Position numbers and translations under genes: made by a program
The notes under the pieces: generated by a model
Told to the model about the DNA's origin: nothing
The model's input: the letters and a program-made list of their open reading frames with translations, nothing else
Database searches by the model: none
In this document: piece after piece, positions 48,674 through 58,204 of the stretch
Numbering within the stretch: position 1 is the stretch's first letter
Layout: each line of letters begins with the position of its first letter
Origin: Bdellovibrio sp. ZAP7
Lineage (GTDB): Bacteria; Bdellovibrionota; FAC87; UBA2466
Length of the DNA: 64,000 nt
Direction of reading: 5' to 3'
Assembly: GCA_945878405.1 (NCBI GenBank)
Contig: CAMCTJ010000001.1
Coordinates: 70,304-134,303 of the forward strand

Positions 48674-50607
48674 TCTTCGATGAGCTCTATCAAAGCTTGA
48701 TTTTCCAGCGTCGTAGTATCTCCCGTAGGTTCTTTTCCTTCGGCGAGATCTTTTAAAAGCCGACGCATGATTTTTCCGCTTCGAGTTTTAGGAAGTGTTC
48801 TCGTTAACTTAATTTCGTCGGGACGGGCAATTGCTCCAATTTCTCTGCTAACGTGTTCTTTTAGCTCTCGTACTAACTCTTTCACCGAAACTTTTGTTTC
48901 ATCTCCACGAGGCGTAACAAAGGCAACCAAGGCCTGCCCCTTAATCGGATCCGGACGCCCCACAACGGCCGCCTCGGCTACCGCTGGATGACTCACCAGA
49001 GCACTTTCAACTTCCATGGTACCGAGCCGATGTCCTGAAACATTGATGACATCATCGACTCGACCTTTAATCCAAAAATAACCGCGATCATCTCGGTGCG
49101 CACTATCGCCAGTAAAGTACATGCCTGGAAATTTGGTCCAGTAGGCCTCTTTGTACCTTTCCGGATTCTTGTAAATTCCTCGGAGCATTGAGGGCCAGGG
49201 ATGTTTAATCACTAGATATCCTCCCTCATTAGGAGAACAACTCTTTCCTTCTTCATTTACGACATCGGCCAGAATTCCAGGAAAGGGTTTTGTCGCTGAG
49301 CCAGGTCTGGTGGTAGTTACGCCGGGGATTGGAGAAATGAGAATACAACCGGTCTCGGTCTGCCACCAAGTATCAACAATCGGGCAGCGCCCTCTTCCGA
49401 TTTCCGTGTGGTACCACATCCAAGCCTCAGGATTGATAGGCTCCCCGACACTGCCCAAAAGACGAAGAGTAGAAAGTTGATATTTCCTGGGGTGCTCATC
49501 CCCGGCCCGCATAAATGCACGAATGGCTGTGGGAGCAGTGTAGAGGATCGAGACTTTGTGTTTATCAACAATTTCCCAAAATCGTCCGGGATGCGGGTGA
49601 AACGGAGCTCCTTCATAGAGAACAATAGTGGCCCCGTGACTGAGAAGTCCGTAAACCACATAGCTGTGCCCGGTGATCCAACCGATATCTGCAGTACACC
49701 AAAAAACGTCTGTTGTTTTTAGATCAAAAATCCACTTAGCGGTGGTACTGACTCCGACTAAATAGCCACCCGTGGAATGAATAATTCCTTTAGGCTTGCC
49801 TGTTGTTCCGCTCGTATAAAGAAGAAAAAGAGGGTGTTCTGAATCAAAGGGCTTGGGAAAGTGAGTTTTGGCCTCCTGATCTACCAACAGATTCCAATCA
49901 CTGTGCTTTTCTTTTAAAACCGTGTCTGTTTTTCGCTTAAGAACAAGTACGTTTTGGACCGTGGGCATTTCAGGCATGACTGAATCAATCGTTTTTAAAA
50001 GTTCAATCTCCTGACCACGACGATACCCGACATCGGCGGTCAAGATAACTTTACATTCAGCATCTTGAACTCTATCTCGAATGGCAGGCCCACTGAATCC
50101 ACCAAAAATCACACTATGGACAACCCCAATCCGCGCACAGGCCAGCATGGCAATAATCGCCTCAGGCACCAAAGGCATGTAAATAGCAGCCGTGTCCCCG
50201 GGCTTTAGTCCAAATTTAACTTCAAGAACGTTCGAGAGCTGACAAACTTTTTCAAATAACGCTTGGTAACTCAGATTTTGGGAAGAGCCATCCTCGCCCT
50301 CCCAAATAATTGCCGTTTTATTACCAAGTCCTTCTTTTAAATGTCGATCAAGGCAATTGTAAGCTGCATTGGTGGTACCGCCTTCAAACCATTGAGCGTA
50401 GGGCTCTTTCCAAATCAGAGGTCGCTTCCAACGACTAAACCAAGTGATGTTTCGTGCGGATTCTTCCCAAAATGTTACTGGATCTGCTTGAGCCTGTCTC
50501 CAGATAGTGTCGTACTCAAGTCTGTTCCCAATATGGGCCTCTGCGGCGAAAGTTCGACTTGGCTCGAAAGTTCTCAGCTCAAATAAGACTGTATCGATCG
50601 ATCCCAT
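48670..50607 (-). CDS. acs: Acetyl-CoA synthetase (AMP-forming)
   Basis: 645 aa. LYTSGTTGKPKG AMP-binding motif, ...WQTETG..., and ...GDSAHRDDRGYFWIKGRVDDVINVSGHRLGTMEVESAL... Confidence 0.95.
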   Translation of the reverse strand: MGSIDTVLFELRTFEPSRTFAAEAHIGNRLEYDTIWRQAQADPVTFWEESARNITWFSRWKRPLIWKEPYAQWFEGGTTNAAYNCLDRHLKEGLGNKTAIIWEGEDGSSQNLSYQALFEKVCQLSNVLEVKFGLKPGDTAAIYMPLVPEAIIAMLACARIGVVHSVIFGGFSGPAIRDRVQDAECKVILTADVGYRRGQEIELLKTIDSVMPEMPTVQNVLVLKRKTDTVLKEKHSDWNLLVDQEAKTHFPKPFDSEHPLFLLYTSGTTGKPKGIIHSTGGYLVGVSTTAKWIFDLKTTDVFWCTADIGWITGHSYVVYGLLSHGATIVLYEGAPFHPHPGRFWEIVDKHKVSILYTAPTAIRAFMRAGDEHPRKYQLSTLRLLGSVGEPINPEAWMWYHTEIGRGRCPIVDTWWQTETGCILISPIPGVTTTRPGSATKPFPGILADVVNEEGKSCSPNEGGYLVIKHPWPSMLRGIYKNPERYKEAYWTKFPGMYFTGDSAHRDDRGYFWIKGRVDDVINVSGHRLGTMEVESALVSHPAVAEAAVVGRPDPIKGQALVAFVTPRGDETKVSVKELVRELKEHVSREIGAIARPDEIKLTRTLPKTRSGKIMRRLLKDLAEGKEPTGDTTTLENQALIELIED

Positions 50608-50671
50608 ACCTCTCCTTGAAACCTGCGTCCTGATTCCCTATGATTCTAAAGATAAACTGGAGCAGACACAA

Positions 50672-51769
50672 TTGCATCCCCTACTTGATCCCATACTTTT
50701 AGTCGATGATGAAAAAGATAACTTGCAGGCACTCAACCGGCTATTGAGAGGTCTTTTTCAAGTCACGACCACCACTTCTCCGCTGGAAGCTCTCCAATTA
50801 ATGGGGGCTCAGAGATTTCATGTGATCGTATCTGACCAAAGAATGCCGGATATGTCAGGGGTTGAGCTTTTGGAAAAAGCAAAAAAACTTAGTCCTCATT
50901 CGACTCGAATCCTACTGACAGGCTACACCGATATCGAATCTGTTATTGATGCAATCAATCGAGGGCATATTTATCGCTATATCGCCAAACCATGGGATCC
51001 TGAAGAGCTGAAACTGACTCTCAAACAGGCGAATGAAGCTTTTCAGCTGAGACGGGAATTAGAGGAAAAGAATCGTGCCCTAGAGAAAAGTCTCTCGGAG
51101 TTGTCCATTTTAGATAAAGCTAAGGCACGTTTCCTATCTTTGATCTCTCATGAACTAAACACTCCCCTCACCGTGCTGCAATCATTCATGTCTCTTCTGT
51201 CGCAGTCACAGGCAGAATTGAGTAAAGATCTTCAAAAGTCAGTCTCTGCTCTTTCTGGGGCAGTTCACCGCTTTTCTGAAATTGTGACTGAAGTTTTAAC
51301 CTACACTCGGCTTGAATCGACGGGAAAATTAAAATTGGGTCAAATCGACTTGGATAAACAGATCCAACAAATGTTGGAAGAACTCAAGTCCAGTGCACAA
51401 AACAAACATCTGAAGTTTGAGTATTCCTCAGAACAGGTAGGGCAAGAAAAATTAGATTGGGAAAAAATGGAGCTTGCTCTAAACCGAATTATTACTTCAA
51501 TCATTTCTCGCGCCCATCCCGGCACTTCAGTTTCTTTAAAAACGCGAAATGAAGCGGGACACATTGTTCTGAGTATTTCTTGGAATGGGGAGTCACTCCC
51601 GGAAGATGCTTTCAAACCTTTTGAGACAGGCTCTTCTGAAATGCACCATCATAAAAACTTAGGTCTTTCACTGGCAATCGCAAAGCTCATCATTGAAAGT
51701 CACGGTGGAAAGATCATGGACTCACGCGCCTCTTCCACCGAAAACTGCCTTACGCTTCAACTAAAGTAA
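50672..51769 (+). CDS. Two-component hybrid protein: N-terminal receiver domain fused to HisKA plus HATPase_c
   Basis: REC: ILLVDDEKDN...DVIVSDQRMPDMSG...KP. HisKA H-box ...ISHELNTPL. G-boxes near the C-terminus. Start placed at the TTG at 50672; the track ORF from 50507 would overlap acs by 100 nt on the opposite strand. Confidence 0.65.
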   Translation: MHPLLDPILLVDDEKDNLQALNRLLRGLFQVTTTTSPLEALQLMGAQRFHVIVSDQRMPDMSGVELLEKAKKLSPHSTRILLTGYTDIESVIDAINRGHIYRYIAKPWDPEELKLTLKQANEAFQLRRELEEKNRALEKSLSELSILDKAKARFLSLISHELNTPLTVLQSFMSLLSQSQAELSKDLQKSVSALSGAVHRFSEIVTEVLTYTRLESTGKLKLGQIDLDKQIQQMLEELKSSAQNKHLKFEYSSEQVGQEKLDWEKMELALNRIITSIISRAHPGTSVSLKTRNEAGHIVLSISWNGESLPEDAFKPFETGSSEMHHHKNLGLSLAIAKLIIESHGGKIMDSRASSTENCLTLQLK

Positions 51770-52919
51770 CGCTTTCGAAAGATTTTAAAATACTGCTCGC
51801 GAATTGTTCTGGTTGGTAGCCTTTTAAAACTAATGCCCGAGCATTCATTCCCCAGGTTTTGGAAATCGAACAGTCTTTCACTAATCGACTGATTTTTTCT
51901 GTCGCGGCTTTACAGTCACCCACCGGATAAATATCACCCGTTTGTCCGCTTAAGACCAAATCTCCTGCAACTCCACACTGATCGGTAACCAAAGCAGGAA
52001 GCCGGCAACTGAAGGCCTCATTAACTACTAAGCCCCAAGTCTCAAAATCAGAAGGAACAACGAGCAGATCTGCTGCATAGTAAAAGTTTTTAATTTCATT
52101 TTGATTTTTAAATCCAACAAAATGAACATTCGGCATTCCCTCTGCTCTGGATTGAAGAACTTCGCTGAGTTCTCCATTGCCCACAAAAACGGTGTGAATC
52201 AGTCCCTGTTTTTGTAAATTCAGATGAATCTCCAGGAGGTCTTGCGGGCGCTTTCTGTCAAAGAGGCGCCCCACAAACAGAAGTAGAAACGCATCAGGGG
52301 AAATCCCTAGATTTTTTCGAATTTCAGACCGAACGGTATTCGCCTCAGGTTCAGACAAAACAAAAGGGGCAAGGTCAGTGCAGTATTTAGCAGAGGTAAT
52401 TTTTGAAGGGGAGACACCCCACTGCCGATAGTAATCTACCGTTCGCTTACCGATAGCGATGAAACCCGCGACCTTTCGGAAGAAGTAATTGATGAGAACT
52501 CGCTTAATACCTCTGCGCAAAAGAGAGCCCCGCCAATCGAAAGTTTCTCCGACGAAAATAAGCGGAATTTTTTTCTGAGCACAGAGAATCCGCAAAATCC
52601 AATGTTCGACTTGATAATAGCCATAAAAAAGGACTGCCTGCGGTTTCTCCTCTCCCAAGACCCGATTGAGTGCCGCTACTTTTTCTATGAAACTCAGCTT
52701 TTGGGTCTCTAGGGTTCGATTCCGATAGCCGCTCTCAAGCGGAAGGCCAAACTCTTGTTTTGGGATCTTATCTACCTCTTGGAACCACCATTTTTTTCCG
52801 TCAAATCGTGAGTTAAAAAAAACCACCTCCGCCTGGGGTAGTTTTTTCATGAGCTCGCGAAAGACGGGTGCTCGGTATTGAATGGGGTGGGTATCAAAAA
52901 TGAGAAGGGAAGAGCTCAT
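51750..52919 (-). CDS. Glycosyltransferase, GT4 family (GT-B fold)
   Basis: C-terminal half contains ...ADLLVVPSDFETWGLVVNEAFSCRLPALVTDQCG..., the GT4 EX7E-type motif. Confidence 0.8.
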   Translation of the reverse strand: MSSSLLIFDTHPIQYRAPVFRELMKKLPQAEVVFFNSRFDGKKWWFQEVDKIPKQEFGLPLESGYRNRTLETQKLSFIEKVAALNRVLGEEKPQAVLFYGYYQVEHWILRILCAQKKIPLIFVGETFDWRGSLLRRGIKRVLINYFFRKVAGFIAIGKRTVDYYRQWGVSPSKITSAKYCTDLAPFVLSEPEANTVRSEIRKNLGISPDAFLLLFVGRLFDRKRPQDLLEIHLNLQKQGLIHTVFVGNGELSEVLQSRAEGMPNVHFVGFKNQNEIKNFYYAADLLVVPSDFETWGLVVNEAFSCRLPALVTDQCGVAGDLVLSGQTGDIYPVGDCKAATEKISRLVKDCSISKTWGMNARALVLKGYQPEQFASSILKSFESVTLVEA

Positions 52920-53006
52920 AAATAAGTTCTTATTTTACCATGGGAAAGGCTTGCGAGATGTTTCCCTGATGTAGCATAATTATCGCACAGCATAAGGAGA
53001 CTGAAT

Positions 53007-53246
53007 ATGAAGGGTCCCATGGAATGGGGAAACTGGGCGCTCATTTTGATTGGCTTTGGTTTGATCGCCGGTGGACCATGGATAGTGTATCGAACCATTG
53101 AAACAATTCGAAAAATCCGTCGAGAAGATCCAAAAGCTAGTATCCAGCCGTTTAACAATGGATTTAATATTTTAATTGGGGTTCTTTTCTTCGGTTCGGG
53201 GATACTTTTCGTTCTGAATAATCTTCGAGGAAATCCTCTTCATTAG
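53007..53246 (+). CDS. Small membrane protein (2 TM), hypothetical
   Basis: 79 aa. Strong SD (AAGGAGA) 7 nt upstream. Two hydrophobic helices. Confidence 0.4.
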   Translation: MKGPMEWGNWALILIGFGLIAGGPWIVYRTIETIRKIRREDPKASIQPFNNGFNILIGVLFFGSGILFVLNNLRGNPLH

Positions 53247-53334
53247 GGGACTTGTGCTCGACAAATAAGGCCCGGGAGTGTTAGACCTTTTGGGCGAAAT
53301 AGCTTAAAGTATTCATGATTTTTCGAGGTGCCAG

Positions 53335-54138
53335 ATGCCAGTCACGTTAAGTCTTATTCTTGCTCTTCTTGCCGCTGGTGGCTTATTTTTTTCCCTCTAT
53401 GCGGTGATTACTGCCCTAGTGGGTGGAAAACGCGCAAAAGCGAGCCCCAAAATGGGCATTTCTCCGGGAGATGTCAGAGGCGCTCTCAACGTGTGGGTTG
53501 TTTGGGATCCCGCCCAGTTTAATGTCCAGGTTTATCGACTCATTTTTAGATTTGCGAGTCCCTACAGTTCTCAGAAAGAAGGGATCTTCTGTGTCACTTA
53601 TGACAATGCTCAGGTAGCCCCATTTACTCAAATAGTAAAAGTTCCGGATCGGTTTGTGGATCTCATCCAAAACTCAAAAGAAAAGTTTCTCATGACAGTG
53701 GAAATGAAAACAGTCGAAGAGTTAACTCTGATGAAGACTGTGACCTCCGCAAAACTAAAGGCCCTTTTCACCGGTACTGGAGATCAGCCCGAAATTGCCA
53801 ACAAATTGGCTTTGGTCGAAGAAGACAAAGCCGCTGTTTATACTTTGGACTTTTCTGAATTACAGGTACGTCGTAAAAAATTACGCGACCTAGAGGCTCA
53901 AGCACAAGCAAAGGCCAAAGCAAAACCTGCTGCAGCTCCAGCGAAACCAGCAGCCGTTGCACCTGCTCCAGCAACAGCCGCAGCAGCAGCTCCTACTCCA
54001 GCTCCAGCCGTTCCGACGGCTCCGGCTCCAGTGGCTGCGCAAGCTGCTGACAAGAGTCCTGTCGAGACTGCGGTCAAATCTGTTCGCGATTTAGTAGCAG
54101 CTTCAAATGCTGCTAAAGCTCCTGTTGAAAAACCTTAA
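53335..54138 (+). CDS. Membrane-anchored protein with an Ala/Pro-rich C-terminal tail, hypothetical
   Basis: N-terminal TM helix (LSLILALLAAGGLFFSLYAVITALVGG). C-terminal roughly 90 aa is a low-complexity AKPAAAPAKPAAVAPAPATAAAAAPTPAPAVP stretch. Confidence 0.45.
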   Translation: MPVTLSLILALLAAGGLFFSLYAVITALVGGKRAKASPKMGISPGDVRGALNVWVVWDPAQFNVQVYRLIFRFASPYSSQKEGIFCVTYDNAQVAPFTQIVKVPDRFVDLIQNSKEKFLMTVEMKTVEELTLMKTVTSAKLKALFTGTGDQPEIANKLALVEEDKAAVYTLDFSELQVRRKKLRDLEAQAQAKAKAKPAAAPAKPAAVAPAPATAAAAAPTPAPAVPTAPAPVAAQAADKSPVETAVKSVRDLVAASNAAKAPVEKP

Positions 54139-54149
54139 GGATTTAAACC

Positions 54150-54401
54150 ATGGCAGATAAATTAGATTTTTCGACTCTTGTTTTGTCGTTCGCAACCAGC
54201 TCCCTAATGAACATGGGACATGCCCCAGATCCTCAAACTGGAAAGAAAAACAAAAATATTGAGTTAGCCAAACAGAACATTGAAATCTTGGCAATTCTTG
54301 AGGAAAAAAGTCGCGGTAATTTAACCAAAGAAGAAGCGGAGCTGCTTAAGAACATCCTAGCTGAAGTCCGATTACGTTTTGTTGAGGCGTCTAAATCTTA
54401 A
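54150..54401 (+). CDS. DUF1844 domain protein
   Basis: 83 aa. LDFSTLVLSFATSSLMNMG...LAKQNIEILAILEEKSRGNLTKEEAELLKNILAEVRLRFVE matches the DUF1844 pattern. Confidence 0.6.
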   Translation: MADKLDFSTLVLSFATSSLMNMGHAPDPQTGKKNKNIELAKQNIEILAILEEKSRGNLTKEEAELLKNILAEVRLRFVEASKS

Positions 54402-55696
54402 TGTGGTTCATTAGTTTTTTTGTTTTTTCCCAACTGGCTCTGTCCGCTCTGGTTCCACCCGCGATTGATCAATCCCCGATTACGAGTGCTTCGGAGATCC
54501 TAGGCTGGGTGAAAGGCGCCGAACCAGAAGTAAAAACAGTGGAAGAATTGCTGGAACGGCTACCAGAGGCCTATCGGACCTATTTTGTTCTTCAGTACGA
54601 CAGTCACAGCAATCACAGTTCCAATGCAACTCATCCTCGAATTATCTTTTTTGGACCCGACGCCAAACTGCTCCTGGCCTTATCGGGCTTACCCAGTGAT
54701 AGCTTTTACGATACGGCAGAGATGATCGAATATGAGCCCGCCACCGCCTCCTATGCTTTTTACAGCATTCACTTTAAAACCCAAGAGCCCGCTCAGGTAG
54801 AAGTAAATCCAACGGATTGCTTACGTTGCCATGGAGCAGATCCCAAGCCGAATTGGGAGCCCTACAGTCTGTGGCCGGGAGCTTTTGGCAGTTTACATGA
54901 CCGGATTTTACCCGGGACAAAGGAACACCATTCCTTTGAAGAGTTTCTGAAGGGTTACCAAGACTCTCCCCGATATCGATTTCTTCCTCGACCTTTTCAC
55001 GTTGAAATTCAGGATTCTCCAGGGACTAAAAAATATTATCTCTGGAATGGCGGCGTGGGTCCCGGTTCCTCGCTCTCTATTCTTTTAGGATTTCTAAATC
55101 GGGATCGCATTGCAAAAAAGTTAGTGGCAAGCGATGGGCATTCCCGATATCGGCCAGCCCTCACTGCGGCTCTCATCGGTTGCAAAGAACCGATTGAAGA
55201 TTTTTTACCGACCGATCTGAGACGCAATCATCCGGAGAGATTCTCCGAAGTGCTTTTTGAAACCCAGATGTACATGGAAAAAGATTTGGGAAGAAAAAAG
55301 AGAGCTCTCGTCAATTATTTGGAAACAGATGAATCTGTGATTTCAGAAAATGCAGATCTTTTTGGTTTCCGACAGGCAGAAGTCGAGAGAATCGCTAAAC
55401 TGCGTTACTTACTTACCAAAAGAAGAAACTCGATTAATTTTGATCGCTGGGCTTCAAGCATTTCGAAGACGTCTTTGGATTTTAACGACGGAGTAAGTGG
55501 GCTTGAAAACCTGATTGGACATTATTTGATGATCGCTTATCAGGAAGACGAACCAATTCGAAAGGCTATTCCCATTCGAGAGTATGCTTTTTCTCCCACT
55601 TCTTTCACGATCACCACGTATTCCGTGATGGAAAGTCCAGACCTTGCTTGCGAACTTCTTCTGAAAGAAGCCAAAGCGGTCTCATTAGTGGAGTAA
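54401..55696 (+). CDS. Secreted hypothetical protein carrying a single CXXCH motif
   Basis: Signal-like N-terminus. CLRCHG at about residue 140 (a possible c-type heme site). No other recognisable domain. Confidence 0.45.
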   Translation: MWFISFFVFSQLALSALVPPAIDQSPITSASEILGWVKGAEPEVKTVEELLERLPEAYRTYFVLQYDSHSNHSSNATHPRIIFFGPDAKLLLALSGLPSDSFYDTAEMIEYEPATASYAFYSIHFKTQEPAQVEVNPTDCLRCHGADPKPNWEPYSLWPGAFGSLHDRILPGTKEHHSFEEFLKGYQDSPRYRFLPRPFHVEIQDSPGTKKYYLWNGGVGPGSSLSILLGFLNRDRIAKKLVASDGHSRYRPALTAALIGCKEPIEDFLPTDLRRNHPERFSEVLFETQMYMEKDLGRKKRALVNYLETDESVISENADLFGFRQAEVERIAKLRYLLTKRRNSINFDRWASSISKTSLDFNDGVSGLENLIGHYLMIAYQEDEPIRKAIPIREYAFSPTSFTITTYSVMESPDLACELLLKEAKAVSLVE

Positions 55697-56503
55697 GAGT
55701 TTTCGAGCTTCGGCAATGTTGGCTACGGGCCTGCCGACTTCATTTGCAATTCGAACGATTCTCTCGACGAGCTGAGCGTTGCTTTTCGCAGGCATTCCCT
55801 TGGAATAAAAAATATTATCTTCTAAACCAACTCGAACGTGTCCGCCCATCACAAGGGAATGGACAGCCAAAGGAAGTTCATACCGACCAATTCCAGCTAC
55901 CGCCCAAGTAGATTGAGCTGGCAGATTCTGAACCAGAAAAGTCAACGATGAAAACTCTCCCGATAAGGCTCCGGGAACCCCCAACACGAATTGACAGTGA
56001 AAGGGGGGGTGCAGAAGCCCTTCCTTGATGAGTTTTTTTAGATTGTCTAGGTGGCCAGCTTCGTAGATTTCAAATTCAGGAATAATTTTGTTCTCATGAA
56101 ACGATTTCGTAAGAGCTCTCATGTCAGAGAAGGTATTTACAAAAATCTCTTCGCCAAAATTGATGGTCCCTAAGTTAAATGAGGCCATTTCGGGTTTTAA
56201 AGTTAAAGGAGCCACCCGATTTGCGATGTTTTCCCCCACTGCACCCCCAGTTGAAAATTGAATTACCGGCTCATTTCCTTTACAGGCACGTCGAATTGCC
56301 TCCACCGACACTTTGAAGTGCTCAAGCTTTTGGGATGGCCTCCCCTGCTCGTCGCGAACATGCAAGTGAATCACTGAAGCACCAGCATCTACTGCTTCTT
56401 TAGCTGCTGCAGCTTGTTCTTCAGGAGTCACAGGAAGTGCGGGACACTGAGCCTTAGATAATTCAGCTCCCGTGATCGCCGCTGTGATAATAAGTTTTTC
56501 CAT
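55685..56503 (-). CDS. BKACE-family enzyme (3-keto-5-aminohexanoate cleavage enzyme-like, DUF849)
   Basis: MEKLIITAAITGAE...PVTPEEQAAAAKEAVDAGASVIHLHVRDEQGRPS is the characteristic BKACE TIM-barrel N-terminus (I.TCA.TG....P.TP.E.A..A..A..AGA...H.H.RD..G.P). Confidence 0.8.
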   Translation of the reverse strand: MEKLIITAAITGAELSKAQCPALPVTPEEQAAAAKEAVDAGASVIHLHVRDEQGRPSQKLEHFKVSVEAIRRACKGNEPVIQFSTGGAVGENIANRVAPLTLKPEMASFNLGTINFGEEIFVNTFSDMRALTKSFHENKIIPEFEIYEAGHLDNLKKLIKEGLLHPPFHCQFVLGVPGALSGEFSSLTFLVQNLPAQSTWAVAGIGRYELPLAVHSLVMGGHVRVGLEDNIFYSKGMPAKSNAQLVERIVRIANEVGRPVANIAEARKLLLH

Positions 56504-56572
56504 AGTGAATATAGATTATCGACTCCTGATTCACTTTAAAAGGGAAACTCCTTCGCCTATAATGAAGGTCCT

Positions 56573-57532
56573 TTGAACAAATTCGCTGACACCTTAAGAC
56601 AGAACCGTCGCTTTCTTATCTCCACCCATGTCCAGCCCGATGGAGACGGAATTGGCTCGGAAATAGCCCTCTACCATCATTTAAAAAAAACTGGAAAAGA
56701 AGCTTGGGTCATCAACCCCTCTCCCACCCCGGAAAAATTCGAAGTTATTGACCCCTCACGCATCATCCAGGTTTTTAGCTCGGGACTGAAAGTTCCGGAG
56801 GTAGATGCAGTCATTATTGTGGATACCAATGAAGTAAAAATGCTGGGGACACTGGCTCCTGTCGTTGAAAACCTGAAGGTTCCCATCCTCTTCGTCGATC
56901 ACCATGTGAAAGAATTACAAGATACCTCAGGCCACCTCATCGATGAGAAATCGGGTTCTTCGGGTGAGATCGTCTACCGATTCATTAAAAGCGAGGGGAC
57001 CGAACTTACTTTCGAAATGGCCCAAGCGCTCTACGTAGCTATTCTGACGGATACAGGAAATTTTCGGTTTCAAAGAACATCGCCTTCGACTCATGAGACA
57101 GTTGCGGATCTCTTGCGCACGGGAGTCAAACCTGAACAAGTATTCCAGAGCGTTTTTGGCAAAGACAGTGCAGAGAAATTAAGACTCTTGGGGAAAACCC
57201 TGCAAACGCTCAAGCTTGAGTGCCAAGGTCAGTTTGCTTGGGTGAGCATCAGTAAATCCGATCGTGATCAAAGCCAAGCCACGATTGAAGATACTGAAAG
57301 TTTCATTGGCCATCTCACTGTTCTTCGGGATGTAAAAATCGTAGCTCTTTTTCGCGAAGAAGATAATGGAACAACCAAACTCAGTCTTCGGGGTTTGCAT
57401 AATCAACCGGTTGTTGAAATTGCAAAAAAGTTTGGCGGAGGCGGGCATAAATTTGCTGCTGGAGCAAAAATTCAAAAACCAATTCAAGAAACGGTTGATC
57501 TCGTTCTTAAGGAAGTTTCTTCCAAGCTTTAA
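56573..57532 (+). CDS. nrnA: DHH-family phosphoesterase (NrnA-like oligoribonuclease/pAp phosphatase)
   Basis: ISTHVQPDGDGIGSEIAL, DHH motif (FVDHH), and a DHHA1 C-terminal domain with GGGH (KFGGGGHKFAAGA). Confidence 0.8.
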   Translation: MNKFADTLRQNRRFLISTHVQPDGDGIGSEIALYHHLKKTGKEAWVINPSPTPEKFEVIDPSRIIQVFSSGLKVPEVDAVIIVDTNEVKMLGTLAPVVENLKVPILFVDHHVKELQDTSGHLIDEKSGSSGEIVYRFIKSEGTELTFEMAQALYVAILTDTGNFRFQRTSPSTHETVADLLRTGVKPEQVFQSVFGKDSAEKLRLLGKTLQTLKLECQGQFAWVSISKSDRDQSQATIEDTESFIGHLTVLRDVKIVALFREEDNGTTKLSLRGLHNQPVVEIAKKFGGGGHKFAAGAKIQKPIQETVDLVLKEVSSKL

Positions 57533-58142
57533 TCTGATCTTCAAAAATATGGATCAGGTGATCTCGGGCTCCTGATTTTTCCCCTAGAGCCTCCAAAGCT
57601 AAGGCAGTTGCTTCAATCGTTGATAGCAAACCCGAACGCGGCTCTTTTCTGATGTTTCCGTATAAAGAGGGTTCCGAGGGGTTCAGAACAATGCGCTTTA
57701 ATTTCAAAAGCCAGGGGTTTCTCCACCAAAGAGTTTTCGATTGTTTCCAGTTTCCATCCAAGACTACGAGACCTTTCAAACCATCCCAGGAAACGGCATT
57801 GCCCTTTCTATCCACCACCTCAAAGGGTTTGTTTTGGACTATTTTCTCCGAATTTTTCTGAGTTCCCACGAACAGAACGGCCCAGTTGTCAGGCTTGGCT
57901 TCTTTCTTCAAAGCCGCTTTGAGGGAGCCCCAGGAAAACCCCACCCGATGGGTACAATGATCAAGCCCCAGGGCTAAAAGCCGGCTAGTGGTTAACGGGG
58001 AACGGGCCTCTTGCGGGTGTTGGAGAATTAAAACCTCAAGAGTGTTCTGAATCGGCTGAATCTGAGCACAAATGCAGCTTTCTGGCTCTTTCCAGCAGTT
58101 AGCGCATTTTGTCTCTGGTTTCATGGGCTGCCCTTGTATCAA
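57507..58142 (-). CDS. DTW-domain protein (tRNA-uridine aminocarboxypropyltransferase TapT/TuaA family)
   Basis: N-terminal Cys cluster CANCWKEPESCIC, followed by LILQHPQE and a DTW-like region (...DGNWKQSKTLWW). Confidence 0.7.
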   Translation of the reverse strand: MIQGQPMKPETKCANCWKEPESCICAQIQPIQNTLEVLILQHPQEARSPLTTSRLLALGLDHCTHRVGFSWGSLKAALKKEAKPDNWAVLFVGTQKNSEKIVQNKPFEVVDRKGNAVSWDGLKGLVVLDGNWKQSKTLWWRNPWLLKLKRIVLNPSEPSLYGNIRKEPRSGLLSTIEATALALEALGEKSGARDHLIHIFEDQIKAWKKLP

Positions 58143-58204
58143 AGGCTATGACTTTTCGCTAACGCAAAGTGTGAAACTTTGGTATAAACCTACTTCTTTT
58201 AATC

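Noticed and set aside
50507-50671. N-terminal 55 codons of the track ORF for the receiver-kinase hybrid
   Set aside because: They would overlap the 5' end of acs on the opposite strand by 100 nt and precede the receiver domain by an unusual length. A TTG at 50672 gives a normal REC N-terminus. The call is uncertain and flagged in the feature.
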